Assembly (NCBI GenBank): GCA_965116925.1
Contig: OZ220744.1
Span: 3,488,001 to 3,552,000 of the forward strand
Length of the DNA: 64,000 bases
DNA from: Candidatus Poribacteria bacterium
GTDB taxonomy: Bacteria > Poribacteria > WGA-4E > PCPOR2b
Direction of reading: 5' to 3'
Shown: piece by piece, positions 21,459 through 31,668 of the stretch
Numbering within the stretch: the stretch's first letter is position 1
How the letters are laid out: each line of letters opens with the position of its first letter
Position numbers and translations under genes: made by a program
The notes under the pieces: model-generated
What the model was told of the DNA's origin: nothing
Database searches by the model: none
What the model saw: the letters and a program-made list of their open reading frames with translations, nothing else

Positions 21459-23081
21459 ATGGCAGCAAAAATACACCCACTCCTCGAACTACGCGACGCC
21501 GCCTACGAAGCCGCAGCACCCGCACACGAGCGGATGAAAAATGAAATCAGCTTATACCGTAACGAAGACTACACCGGCGAATCGTGGATCAAACGGTTCA
21601 AGCGATCCGTCACACGCTCCATCAGCCCACAGATCAACACCGCAATCAATCGCCTCATCCCCGTTTTCACCGAGCAGATGGCGCACGTCAACGTCGAGCC
21701 TATCCGCAAGGACGCCAGCGAACTGGAACGGTTGGCAACCGATGAGCTCCAAGAACATCTCGACAACTTAGAGGCGGTCGATTCCGAGACCGAAGAGCTA
21801 CGCACGCTGATCCTGCACAACCAAGCCATGGGGAACGCTATCTCAAAAACGGTCTACGATCCCACGACCGAAATGGTCCGTGCCGTCGCGATTAACCCGC
21901 TGCGGTTCGCGCCGTCGCCGTATGCCACACGCTCAGACTTCAGGGGCGGCGGCTACGTCGTGCATACCACATATCACAACTATATGACCGTTTCTAAAAA
22001 ATATGCGGACGCACCCATTCCGAACAAACCGTATAATGACAGAGCGTTGATGGGCGGGAATATCCGCGTGGACGAGGTCTACATGACCGGCGAGATTGCA
22101 CGAGCGATCGGGATTCCGCGGTCGAAAGATTCAACGGTGGTGATCGCGACCATTGTGGACGACGAACCGTATCGAGCGAGCCACGACGATTTCTGGTATC
22201 CCGACTTCCCGTTCGCACACTGGCGCAACTTCCTTGATGTCAGCAGTTACGGCAAGCCGAGCGATTTCTGGGGCTACGGCTACGCCACGCTCCTGGAACC
22301 GCAGCAGAAGGTGTTAGACGAATTTCTTGCCAACTACATGTGGATTACACGAAACCTCGCCACAGGGCGGCTGTTGGCGCGGGAGGGCGTACTGGATCAA
22401 GAACAGCTCTCCAACTCCAGCGGCGATATTATTAATGTCCGAAACCTCCAGACAGGTGAACCGATCGGGAACGCCGTCCAGTTCGTTCAGAACCCCGAAG
22501 CACCCGTATCCCTGTTGAACATGATCCAGATGGTGAACCAGTTCATCAACGAGCAGGTGCCGTCACTCTCGCCGGTGTTCGCCGGTCAGTCGCCGGGTGC
22601 CTCCACGAGCGGGCGGGCAATTAGCAGCCTCCAGACAGCGGTGTTCAACCAACTGTCCGACAACATCAGAGATATGAACGCCTTCCGTGAACGGCGAGCC
22701 CGGATTCGGCTCAACTTTATCCAGCAGTTTGCCAAGCGATCGATGCAGCCGAACCGATGGCGGATGGGCTATGATCTACCGGAACTGTCCGAAGAGGCGC
22801 GGCATCAACCGTTCATGGTCTCAACCCCGGACACCTCCGCATTGCCGCAGACGCCGCTCGGCAAGTTGCAAGTAATCTCAATGCTGATGGGGATGGGGAT
22901 ACGGGTGAAACCGGAGCGACTGATGGAGATGGTCGGACTAAAATCAAGCTACGGCTTATCCGAAGCGGATCTGGTGCAGGCGATAACCCCGCCACCAGGG
23001 CTATCGCTAGGCAACCCCCAATCCCCAATTGACGAAGCATCCGTCGCCGGCTTAGAAACCGTACCACCCATTGAACGATAA
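21459..23081 (+). CDS. Phage portal protein (podovirus/P22-like)
   Basis: 540 aa, downstream of TerL; FWGYGYATLLEPQQ, SGDIINV, TSGRAISSLQ pattern typical of P22-like portals. Confidence 0.8.
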   Translation: MAAKIHPLLELRDAAYEAAAPAHERMKNEISLYRNEDYTGESWIKRFKRSVTRSISPQINTAINRLIPVFTEQMAHVNVEPIRKDASELERLATDELQEHLDNLEAVDSETEELRTLILHNQAMGNAISKTVYDPTTEMVRAVAINPLRFAPSPYATRSDFRGGGYVVHTTYHNYMTVSKKYADAPIPNKPYNDRALMGGNIRVDEVYMTGEIARAIGIPRSKDSTVVIATIVDDEPYRASHDDFWYPDFPFAHWRNFLDVSSYGKPSDFWGYGYATLLEPQQKVLDEFLANYMWITRNLATGRLLAREGVLDQEQLSNSSGDIINVRNLQTGEPIGNAVQFVQNPEAPVSLLNMIQMVNQFINEQVPSLSPVFAGQSPGASTSGRAISSLQTAVFNQLSDNIRDMNAFRERRARIRLNFIQQFAKRSMQPNRWRMGYDLPELSEEARHQPFMVSTPDTSALPQTPLGKLQVISMLMGMGIRVKPERLMEMVGLKSSYGLSEADLVQAITPPPGLSLGNPQSPIDEASVAGLETVPPIER

Positions 23082-23082
23082 A

Positions 23083-23110
23083 GTAGTAGGCACACTCCGT
23101 GTGCCGTAAC
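23083..23110 (+). repeat. REP palindrome family B (GTAGTAGGCACACTCCGTGTGCCGTAAC), representative copy
   Basis: Copies or variants near 16675, 20698, 23950, 29151, 34635, 37831 and 41459. Confidence 0.85.
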
Positions 23111-23176
23111 CATAACTGTTTTAACTTGACAACCAATGAGGTATATGGTAAAACAATCTCCCAAGGAGGTTAGCAA

Positions 23177-23491
23177 ATGCAAACAAGCCAAGTTATAACA
23201 ATCATAGTGTCCATAGTTGTTTCAAACGTTACACTCTTAGGCGGATTGATTCTAATCCTTCATAGAGCGACTAACAAGCGGATTGATGACCTCTCAAAAC
23301 GATTCGATGATACCAACAAACGATTCGATGATACTAACAAACGATTCGATGATACTAACAAACGATTCGACGACATTAACGAACGATTCAATGACATTAA
23401 CAAGCAAATCGACGCTATTAGAGAAGATGTCCGCATGATACTAAATTACCTACTGCCAGAAAATATGCAGAAAAACAGACGTAAACGATAA
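23177..23491 (+). CDS. Small membrane-anchored coiled-coil protein (KRFDDTN repeats)
   Basis: Hydrophobic N-terminal helix plus 21-bp coding repeats. Confidence 0.7.
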   Translation: MQTSQVITIIVSIVVSNVTLLGGLILILHRATNKRIDDLSKRFDDTNKRFDDTNKRFDDTNKRFDDINERFNDINKQIDAIREDVRMILNYLLPENMQKNRRKR

Positions 23492-23531
23492 AGTGGACCC
23501 ATTGTCGAGGTCAAAATAATCTAAAAATAAG

Positions 23532-23663
23532 GGCTCATGTAAAAAGAAAGTGCAAAACACGAAGCGAAATCGTAGGGGCGGGGTCTCCCCGCCCGCCGTA
23601 AGGGTTGGGGGACCCAACCCCTACGAATATTCGGTTTCTTTGCACTAAATCTTAACATGAGCG
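23532..23663. mobile_element. MITE, copy 2
   Basis: Near-identical to 16033-16164; perfect 8-bp target duplication AAAATAAG. Confidence 0.8.
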
Positions 23664-24001
23664 AAAATAAGTAAGATATCTGAGTCCCCGTAGGTTGGGT
23701 AGAGCGCAGCGAAACCCAACAATATACTTACATACCACGCATCGTAGGTACAGATTTCCCAATCTGTACTCAAGGCACGAACAAAAAACGTCGTAAATCT
23801 CCCCTGAAGGGGCAGTATTCACGACCTCATAATTGATTCATCCAGATCAACCCCGAAGGGGCGGTATCTGATGTTAATTCATCAGTTCATTTAACGAACC
23901 GATGAACCAACACAACCGCCAATTCGGGGTTTTTTATTGATCCACCAAAAGTAATAGGCACACTCCGTGTGCCGTAACCATTTACAAAAAGGAGAAAAAC
24001 T

Positions 24002-24541
24002 ATGGCAGACGAAACGACCGCCACCCCTGATCTCGAAACGGACAGCGATCAAGCCACAGACGACGCTGTAGACGTAGACACCGATCAGAGTGGCGAAGAC
24101 GGTGCCGAAAAGCAGCCACTGGGGTTTATGCAGTTCGCACAACAGTTTGTCGAAAGCGATCCCAGGATCCAGGCACTTCGAGACGCACCGGAACCCACAG
24201 CAGAGCAGCGTACCGATTTACGGCTGACAGCGATGGAGATTCAGCAGAACATTCGGCACGCGCAAGACGATTTCAAACGGCTGAACCCCGATGCGTCGGA
24301 GGTACAGGTCGAAGAGTATGTCGCGGCAGTATTTGAGCGCGACATTGTTACGGCGGACCGCATCCAGAAAGAAGTCCAGCGGAAACGCCAAGAGAAGGAA
24401 CAGGCAGAAGCCAACGATAAGAAAAGATCGGTGGCACTCAACACGACAGACACAGCGCAGGACGGCGGTGCGAAAGAGAACCGCTTCACTGGGCAAAACA
24501 CTGTAAACGGAATCCGAAGAATCCTCTTCGGCAACAGCTAA
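24002..24541 (+). CDS. Putative capsid scaffolding protein
   Basis: Acidic disordered N-terminus and helical core; lies between the portal and capsid genes. Confidence 0.6.
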   Translation: MADETTATPDLETDSDQATDDAVDVDTDQSGEDGAEKQPLGFMQFAQQFVESDPRIQALRDAPEPTAEQRTDLRLTAMEIQQNIRHAQDDFKRLNPDASEVQVEEYVAAVFERDIVTADRIQKEVQRKRQEKEQAEANDKKRSVALNTTDTAQDGGAKENRFTGQNTVNGIRRILFGNS

Positions 24542-24649
24542 AAGCAGAAGACGAGAAGACCAGAAGACGAGATAAAAGCCAAATGCTTTTTCCCGTTCTC
24601 CCGTTTTCTCGCTTTCCCGTTTTCTCTTAACTCTATAGGAGGTTAAACA

Positions 24650-25861
24650 ATGTCTATTTGGGGACGAGTGAACAACGCGGTTGATGCCTATGTCATGCCG
24701 GAAGTGATGGCAGACGGGCTGGTCAGCGAGTCGAGGACCGCGTTAATCCTAAAAGCACGGGCGGAGAATGTTACAGGTCCCGCCGGAAACGATATTGAAT
24801 TGACATGGCAGACCGAAATCGCACGCGGTCGAAGCTATCGCGGCGCACCGGAGAAGGGGCAAGTCGTCGATACCGGCGAGCCGGTCTCCAGCCGCGCGCT
24901 CTGGAGCGGTTTCGAGGCAGATATTGTTATCCAAGGCGACGAGATCGTTAAGTCAACCGGGATGACAACCAAGCAAATCATGGAGAAGGAAGTTGCCGAT
25001 ATGTCCGGCGGCGAGCGCGATATGATGCGCGTCTACGACATTCACAAGGAAGCGGTCATGGGCGCAGCACAACGCACCAAAACACAGATCTCCAAAGCAC
25101 TCTGGGAGAACTACCTGTTCGACGACCGTCCCGAATACGCACCAGAAGGGTTGCCGACGCTGTTCGATGAGAACGCAGACTGGCACGGACTGGCACCCGC
25201 CGGGTTAGGCAACTGGCAGGATGGCAGAGCCCATAACCCCTGGGGCGGCTCAGGACCGCCGAATGATCTAACCGGCGATGCGAAGTATTATCGGCATATC
25301 CCGCAGATCTTCGATCCGGGTGCGTCCACGACCATCAGCTACGACGTGCTCCACGAGTACAACGTGGCGATGTCCGCATCAATACCCGGCTACTGGATCT
25401 GTCCGCTGCACTACAAGCTGTTCACCACGCTGACGAAGAAAGCGGAGGGCAGTGACAAGCTCCCGATTTCCGTCGGCTACGGTATGTGGCGCAGGAGTGA
25501 GACGGTTTTGCTCTATGATCGAACATTCTACTTCGCCGACAACGAAGCGCCGGAAGACGAAGCGTGGCACATCCACATCGGCGATGTCGGTGGGACAAAC
25601 TCCACACGGGGCGCAGGCTTGAAGATGATGCAGTGGGTACCGCCCAATGCAGAGGAGGTTATGAGCCAGATGCCGCCGCCCGATCCGTTCACCGAGCCGG
25701 GCTATAACCTCGGTTACAACACGACCCTTCCAGTCTGGACGGACGAATACGATAGAGCGCAGGGTCAGACGGATACGATCTACTCAGAAATGCGCTATCT
25801 GTTCGCATTCTGTGGCGGATACAGATGGAAAAATTTCAAAGTGAAAGGACTCACATCGTAG
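24650..25861 (+). CDS. Putative major capsid protein
   Basis: 403 aa; strong RBS (TAGGAGGT); GNDIELTW...SYRG...ALWSG...IVIQGDEIVKSTG...EGLPTL pattern seen in HK97-fold capsids; synteny. Confidence 0.7.
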   Translation: MSIWGRVNNAVDAYVMPEVMADGLVSESRTALILKARAENVTGPAGNDIELTWQTEIARGRSYRGAPEKGQVVDTGEPVSSRALWSGFEADIVIQGDEIVKSTGMTTKQIMEKEVADMSGGERDMMRVYDIHKEAVMGAAQRTKTQISKALWENYLFDDRPEYAPEGLPTLFDENADWHGLAPAGLGNWQDGRAHNPWGGSGPPNDLTGDAKYYRHIPQIFDPGASTTISYDVLHEYNVAMSASIPGYWICPLHYKLFTTLTKKAEGSDKLPISVGYGMWRRSETVLLYDRTFYFADNEAPEDEAWHIHIGDVGGTNSTRGAGLKMMQWVPPNAEEVMSQMPPPDPFTEPGYNLGYNTTLPVWTDEYDRAQGQTDTIYSEMRYLFAFCGGYRWKNFKVKGLTS

Positions 25862-26053
25862 CATGAGGAAGCGAGGAGGCGAGTGAACGAGGTGGCGAGA
25901 GGACGAGGAAGTGAGGTGGCGAATGAACGAAGTGGCGAGGAAAATATAACCTGCTCCCACGCTTACTCACACACCTGCTTCCTCTAAAACTCGCTCCCTC
26001 ACATACTCACACACGCGCTCCCCCGCTCCCACAACAATGGAGGGACACAAAAA

Positions 26054-26848
26054 ATGGATTTCAGCAGATTTGACTACGGGGCTTTGCACGAAGATCAGCG
26101 GGCAAGGCTCGGCATCGGAATTACTGATATTAACGGTGAACGTTGGGGCTACGTCCGGATACGCGAGGCGATGAGTTTTGGGCAGGTCGTCCGTTCAAGC
26201 AAGCACACCGACTTGGTATCGACAAACCCCGGCGCAGTTTCTGCAGCCGCACCCGTTGGCAGCGACAAGCTGACGACCGACAACGGCTTTCAACTTTCAA
26301 GCGTCACCCAAGATCTGCGAGGCGCGATCGGTTATATTTCGCAAGGAACTGGAGTCGGTCAGCAGTTCTACATCTTGGAGAACAACGACGACACAGCGAA
26401 GGTCTTTGTCCTGACAGGCGGCCTCAACCGCAATAAAAACAGAGGGTGGGTCACCGCGCTGGATAACACCTCCAAGTTCCTACTCTTTTTCCCCGGCGAA
26501 GGACGCCAGGGCGAGGGTGTAAGCGATCTGGTCGAAGGCGTTATCCAAACGGAGGCAACTTCAGACGACATCGGCAAGTTCTGCTGGGTGAAGCGTTCCG
26601 GAATCACCGCTTGCTTGGCAGATTTCGACGGAACCGATATAAGCGCGGGCGGCATCGTTGTCCCGGCAGCGGACGGCTTGGTCGCAGGACACAATACAAG
26701 TGCCCGTGGAATCGGTCAAGGGCTGGCTGCAACGGATCAATTGACTGCCAACACATTGGCGTTGGTGAATCTGAACATCCCTGACGGCCCCCTAAGCTAC
26801 GCCTATGCGCGTGCTACGAACGCTTTCAACGAGGCAACGATCCGCTAA
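26054..26848 (+). CDS. Putative capsid cement/decoration protein
   Basis: Directly follows the capsid gene; LG...D.NGERWGYVR...GQVV N-terminus; Gly/Ala/Thr-rich, beta-prone. Confidence 0.55.
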   Translation: MDFSRFDYGALHEDQRARLGIGITDINGERWGYVRIREAMSFGQVVRSSKHTDLVSTNPGAVSAAAPVGSDKLTTDNGFQLSSVTQDLRGAIGYISQGTGVGQQFYILENNDDTAKVFVLTGGLNRNKNRGWVTALDNTSKFLLFFPGEGRQGEGVSDLVEGVIQTEATSDDIGKFCWVKRSGITACLADFDGTDISAGGIVVPAADGLVAGHNTSARGIGQGLAATDQLTANTLALVNLNIPDGPLSYAYARATNAFNEATIR

Positions 26849-26931
26849 GGTTTATATAAAAAGAAAGCGCAAAGAAACCGAGTTTTTTCGGCAAAACTCG
26901 GTTTCTGTTGCACCATTTCTTAACATGAACC
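26849..26931. mobile_element. MITE, short variant
   Basis: Same termini family; flanks TCCGCTAA/TCCACTAA. Confidence 0.7.
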
Positions 26932-27034
26932 TCCACTAAAAATTGAAAGTGTGAAGGTGGGCGGTACATTTTTCTCACTTTCACACTTTCAGCTACTTTT
27001 GTTGAAAATCCCGATTTATCGGGGAGGTGTTGAG

Positions 27035-28045
27035 ATGACAGCCCGTGAAATTATCGAAGAAGCACAGCTATTAATCGGCGATCCAAATGTCGATTTCCAC
27101 GATCAAGACCGAATGCTTTTCGCGCTGAATCGTGCGACAAACCGAATATCGACGCGCAGCCGATCTATCCACGAACAGTGGCATCACCCGGTCATAGCGG
27201 GTCAATATCAATATGCGCTGCCACCGGGGACCCTCTATATCCGCAAAGCAAAATATAAGAACGGGACATGGTGCGACTTGGATCGGGGATTTTTTGACGA
27301 TGTCGAAGCACGCGCAGCATATCCGGGCGGCGGACCGCCGCGAACCTTTTCGCTATGGCAGAACGCGAGGGAGGAGCGATTTGTCGGCACGGTCGAAGCG
27401 GTTGAGTTTAACGAGCAGCAAATGCAGCGGCGCGTCACCTTTAACATGCCAAATACCGAAGGGGCAATCCGTTTAGGAGATTTGGTGTTCAACCTGTCCA
27501 TAGGTCACGGCGAAGGAGTTATCACCGCGATCTTCGATACAGATGACCCCAATAATACGACGCAGATTGCGTATTCCGCACTACAAGGCGGTACGCGGGA
27601 CCAATTCGAGGTAGGCGATCAGATTCGGATCACATCACCTCACACCAGCGGCCATGCGATGATTATCGCACCGGCACCTACCCGCAACGACGAAGCAGGC
27701 GAAGAGTCGATTGCAGTATTCGTGGCGCGACGGCATCGGGTAATCACGCCGAAGGAGATGGACAACGAGAACGACTCATTGGAGTTAGACGACGAATTTA
27801 ACGACACACTTATCTACGAAATACTACACTGGGCCCGGGTGCAAAGGATGGGGCTTGACACGACCGCACAGCTCTATCGGCGGCTCTCCAACGAGGAGTA
27901 TCTCCAAGCGATTCCGTTGGTCGAGAATCGAATCAGCCAGCGTCTAAATATGTGGGAACGCGGACTGACCGCCGGCGGTGCCTACAGAGATGTAGATGTC
28001 AAAAACACCACACAGAACGGCTTCAACAACGTTGTGGTGGCATAA
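27035..28045 (+). CDS. Putative head-tail adaptor protein
   Basis: MTAREIIEEAQLLIGD...LNRA...AGQYQYALP pattern typical of podovirus adaptors. Confidence 0.65.
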   Translation: MTAREIIEEAQLLIGDPNVDFHDQDRMLFALNRATNRISTRSRSIHEQWHHPVIAGQYQYALPPGTLYIRKAKYKNGTWCDLDRGFFDDVEARAAYPGGGPPRTFSLWQNAREERFVGTVEAVEFNEQQMQRRVTFNMPNTEGAIRLGDLVFNLSIGHGEGVITAIFDTDDPNNTTQIAYSALQGGTRDQFEVGDQIRITSPHTSGHAMIIAPAPTRNDEAGEESIAVFVARRHRVITPKEMDNENDSLELDDEFNDTLIYEILHWARVQRMGLDTTAQLYRRLSNEEYLQAIPLVENRISQRLNMWERGLTAGGAYRDVDVKNTTQNGFNNVVVA

Positions 28046-28332
28046 TAAGCCTTCACCAATCTTCAAAAGTCTGTAGGTTGGGTTGAACGCCTGTGAAACC
28101 CAACATTTACGCATTACGCATCACGTTTTAGGGTATCCGTGAATTTGGGGTTGCTTTGGCGGATAGGGGCCGTCAAGTGCTTCAAACAAAAAATGTTGAA
28201 CAATAGTCACTGTAAGGGGTAATACCCATTATAATCCTTCCTTTCTTGGGAGTTGGATAAGATTATGACCCTTATCCCGACTCAAGTTGATTTATGAGCA
28301 ACCCTTTAATTAAAAGTAAGGAGACATTCCCC

Positions 28333-29142
28333 ATGAAATTGAATCGGATACCCAAACCTATTCTCATAGCAACATTTATCGTCATCGTTTTGGTCGCGCT
28401 ATGGCACTTTGGATCCAATCGACAAATGCCCAAGCACATCACCGGTAAAGATGGCACCCCGATGGTCCTAATCCCTGCCGGCGAGTTTCAGATGGGAAGC
28501 GACGACGGTGAAGATGACGAAAAACCGGTCCACACCGTCTACCTCGATGCCTTCTACATGGATATCTATGAAGTGACCAATGCACAGTACGTAAAATTCT
28601 GTGAATCAACGGGACGTGAGCCCGGAGGGCATTGGAGTCACGGGCTACCCGGATATGGTCTTCCCAATCAGCCGGTCATGGGCAGAGCGTGGCAAGAAGC
28701 GGTGGAATATTGCGAGTGGGCGGGAAAGCGGCTGCCCACCGAAGCGGAGTGGGAGAAAGCCGCACGAGGCGGTTTAGAAGGAAAGAGATACCCTTGGGGT
28801 GATGAACCCCCTGACGAAACCAAGACAAACTTTAATAGGCATCGCAGATACCCGATGCCTGTAGGAAGCTATCCTCCTAATGGCTATGGTCTTCACGACA
28901 TGGCGGGAAATGTTGAGGAATGGTGCTATGATTGGTATCGTCCCGATTACTATCAAAACTCCCCGAAACGGAACCCGCAAGGGCCCGATTCAGGATTTCA
29001 TGGTCGGCGTGTCCTGCGTAGCGGGGATTCGACCAACATAGCGGAGGGAATTAGGTGTGCAGACCGAAGGGATCAAAACCCCAAGCCAAGGGGCATTCGT
29101 CATAATTATGGTTTTCGTTGCGCCAAATCGGTTTCGCAATAG
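28333..29142 (+). CDS. Formylglycine-generating-enzyme (FGE-sulfatase) domain protein, membrane anchored
   Basis: IPAGEFQMGS, EVTNAQY, RLPTEAEWEKAARGG, NGYGLHDMAGNVEEW, GFRCA. Confidence 0.9.
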   Translation: MKLNRIPKPILIATFIVIVLVALWHFGSNRQMPKHITGKDGTPMVLIPAGEFQMGSDDGEDDEKPVHTVYLDAFYMDIYEVTNAQYVKFCESTGREPGGHWSHGLPGYGLPNQPVMGRAWQEAVEYCEWAGKRLPTEAEWEKAARGGLEGKRYPWGDEPPDETKTNFNRHRRYPMPVGSYPPNGYGLHDMAGNVEEWCYDWYRPDYYQNSPKRNPQGPDSGFHGRRVLRSGDSTNIAEGIRCADRRDQNPKPRGIRHNYGFRCAKSVSQ

Positions 29143-29336
29143 CTGTTAAAGTAGTAGGCACACTCCGTGTGCCGTAACCAATGTTTTTCATGTTCCAATC
29201 TGGAGTTGAGCTCGTAGGTTGGGTTGAACACCAGTGAAACCCAACGCCTATCAACAAAGCAAAAACAGCTTTCACACTTTCTATCTTTACCGAAAGGAGG
29301 GAAGCGTGGACTTCCACATTTCACGCTTCACACACA

Positions 29337-29687
29337 ATGATACAACGAAAATCCGGAGAATTTAATGCAACCGCGGTGGATCTGGTATGGCAGCCGAAGG
29401 TCCAAGGCGCGGCACTACTGGTATTGGTCTCACTCGATCAGGCACCATCAACCGCTGCGAATATCGAAGTGACCTACGACAGCGCAGACGGTGAGAATTT
29501 CGACACCGTTGTTGAAGGGACAGACCCTGCGACATCTCCCGCTGCGGCGGACCTGACATTCTTGGTGGGGAATCCGCTGCCACTGCTCCGCGGCGATGCC
29601 GTGCGGGTCAAGTACACAAATCCCGACGCTAGAAGAGTCAACGTCACTATCATCGGGACGGACGATTATCTGATAGGAGGCAGCTGA
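29337..29687 (+). CDS. Hypothetical small beta-rich protein, possibly a virion component
   Basis: Co-oriented ORF within the structural gene series. Confidence 0.5.
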   Translation: MIQRKSGEFNATAVDLVWQPKVQGAALLVLVSLDQAPSTAANIEVTYDSADGENFDTVVEGTDPATSPAAADLTFLVGNPLPLLRGDAVRVKYTNPDARRVNVTIIGTDDYLIGGS

Positions 29688-29844
29688 AAAACCGTGCGTT
29701 GACAGGTATAAAGTTCCCCCCTGATAAGGGGGGCTAGGGGGGTTAGAGGGCAAAAAAATAAGAAATCCACCCCTCGCGCGTAACATAATTCTTACCCATC
29801 ACGCATCACCTATCACGCATCAATCACATGACAGGGAGAACCGA

Positions 29845-31638
29845 ATGGCTACATTGTGGCGAACCGAGAACTTTTCGAGTGGCATCCACACAAAACCCGC
29901 CCGCCTCGAAGGCGGCGAACGCTACGCCCGTGACATCGAGAACCTCCGCATCACGCATAACGGATTTATGAAATTGCGAGGCGGCTTTGAACCGATCGGG
30001 GGAAGCGGGCCCGACATCACAGGGATTGCCGCCACCACCCGTTACCTCCTTTTATTGCGAAGCGACGGCTATCTATACATCAGGGATATAAACAATCTGA
30101 ACGCCGAATCCCGCGTAGCAAACGTCGACCCCGCTACCGCCGGCTTGTCAGGGCGAATCTCTCTCGCATCACCCACCCCCGATTATCTGATAGTGACCAG
30201 CGAAGGCGACGACCTCGGCTTTTGGATAGACCTCAACAAGGAATCTACCACCTTCAAACACGCCTTTCAACTCGGTTTAGACGTGCCCCACGCCGCTCAG
30301 GTAGCAGCCATTGGACACACCACCACCGGGACCGGGTTTTCAGGCGATGGCTGGCTCCGCTACAGGTTGACATGGCTCCGAGACGCACCCGGCGAGCCGT
30401 TTGATGGCGCAGAAAGCAGTCCATCAGGCACCGTCGATGTCAATGTTATCGGCGGCGGCACAATCAACATCAACAATATCCAATTCCCGACCGACCCCCA
30501 AGTCACCCACCTCGCAATCTATCGTAATCGGGAACTGGTGCCTGAACAGAGCGATCTCACCCTCAACGCCGCCGACCTGCACCGCATCGCAACCGTTTCA
30601 AGGGAGAACCGCATTGTCGGATACATCGACGATAACAGCGCAGATTTTGACAACGGCGTCGAGATTGAACTTTTCAATAACCGATTGCCACCGGGCGTAA
30701 AACAGATTCATTTCCACCAAAAAAGGATTTTCGCAGCAGCAGGCAACAGGCTCGTATATAGTGCTTTCAATCACCTAACCCCCCAATATTGGCGGTTCAC
30801 ACCCACCAATTCTCAGCGCAGACCCGACGCCGGAGATATTACCTTCTGCGCCAGCCACCGTGAAGTCCTTTTATTCGGTGCACAGGACGGGCTCTTCAGA
30901 CTCGACGGCACGGACAACTTCGATTTTCAGGTTGATCAGATCTCAGGGGCTGGACCACGCGACGGATACAGCTGGGGGGTGTTCGAGAACACACTCGGCT
31001 TTGTCTCAGGAAGGGGCTTCCATGTGACCGACGCATCGAACAGCGATTTAGTCAGCGACGAAAGCCTTGACCAGTTCTTTACCGGGCAGCAGATAGAGCG
31101 GGGGCTCGTCGGTTTTTTCTCCGATAACACCCTCATCTTTTCCGTGATACTTCGCCCCATAGACGGCGGGGACACCAAGCAGAGCTACTTTCTTTTCGAC
31201 GATCGACACTGGACAAAATGGAGTGCCGCAAATGTCCTACAATTCGCGACCATCAACGGGCAGGTGTATATCGCAGGGAGTGACCGATTGCATCGGATTA
31301 AGTGGGAAGAAGGCGACAACACCGATACTGCCCTGGACTGGGCGTATGAATCAAACCTAATTGACGGCGACGCATTCGGCATACAGTCGGATCTCAAGCG
31401 ATTTACAGAACTCTATATCAACGCCGCAGCAGGCAGTCGCATCGTCCTCAAGACATGGAAGGACGACGATGAGATGCCCGTCAAGCAAACCTTTACGACG
31501 CGGGACAGCACCGACAGCAACGTTCAAACTGTTCTCATCGAACGAATCGCACGGCGGCTCAGGTTTCGCCTCGAAGGCGTGGGACCCGTAACGATTCGGG
31601 GCTTGTGCCTTGAAGGTAACGCAGAAAAACGGGTATAA
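29845..31638 (+). CDS. Putative tail nozzle / DNA-stabilisation protein (P22 gp10/T7 gp12-like)
   Basis: NFSSGI...ARDIENL...G.MKLRGG N-terminus, propeller-like repeats, C-terminal KRF...ARRLRFRLEG; synteny. Confidence 0.65.
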   Translation: MATLWRTENFSSGIHTKPARLEGGERYARDIENLRITHNGFMKLRGGFEPIGGSGPDITGIAATTRYLLLLRSDGYLYIRDINNLNAESRVANVDPATAGLSGRISLASPTPDYLIVTSEGDDLGFWIDLNKESTTFKHAFQLGLDVPHAAQVAAIGHTTTGTGFSGDGWLRYRLTWLRDAPGEPFDGAESSPSGTVDVNVIGGGTININNIQFPTDPQVTHLAIYRNRELVPEQSDLTLNAADLHRIATVSRENRIVGYIDDNSADFDNGVEIELFNNRLPPGVKQIHFHQKRIFAAAGNRLVYSAFNHLTPQYWRFTPTNSQRRPDAGDITFCASHREVLLFGAQDGLFRLDGTDNFDFQVDQISGAGPRDGYSWGVFENTLGFVSGRGFHVTDASNSDLVSDESLDQFFTGQQIERGLVGFFSDNTLIFSVILRPIDGGDTKQSYFLFDDRHWTKWSAANVLQFATINGQVYIAGSDRLHRIKWEEGDNTDTALDWAYESNLIDGDAFGIQSDLKRFTELYINAAAGSRIVLKTWKDDDEMPVKQTFTTRDSTDSNVQTVLIERIARRLRFRLEGVGPVTIRGLCLEGNAEKRV

Positions 31639-31668
31639 ATCCACAACACACTACAAAAGGAGATTACA

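Noticed and set aside
28333..29142. FGE/C-type-lectin-fold gene among tail genes as a diversity-generating retroelement target
   Set aside because: No reverse transcriptase and no template repeat matching its 3' end were seen; its N-terminal membrane anchor looks host-type.
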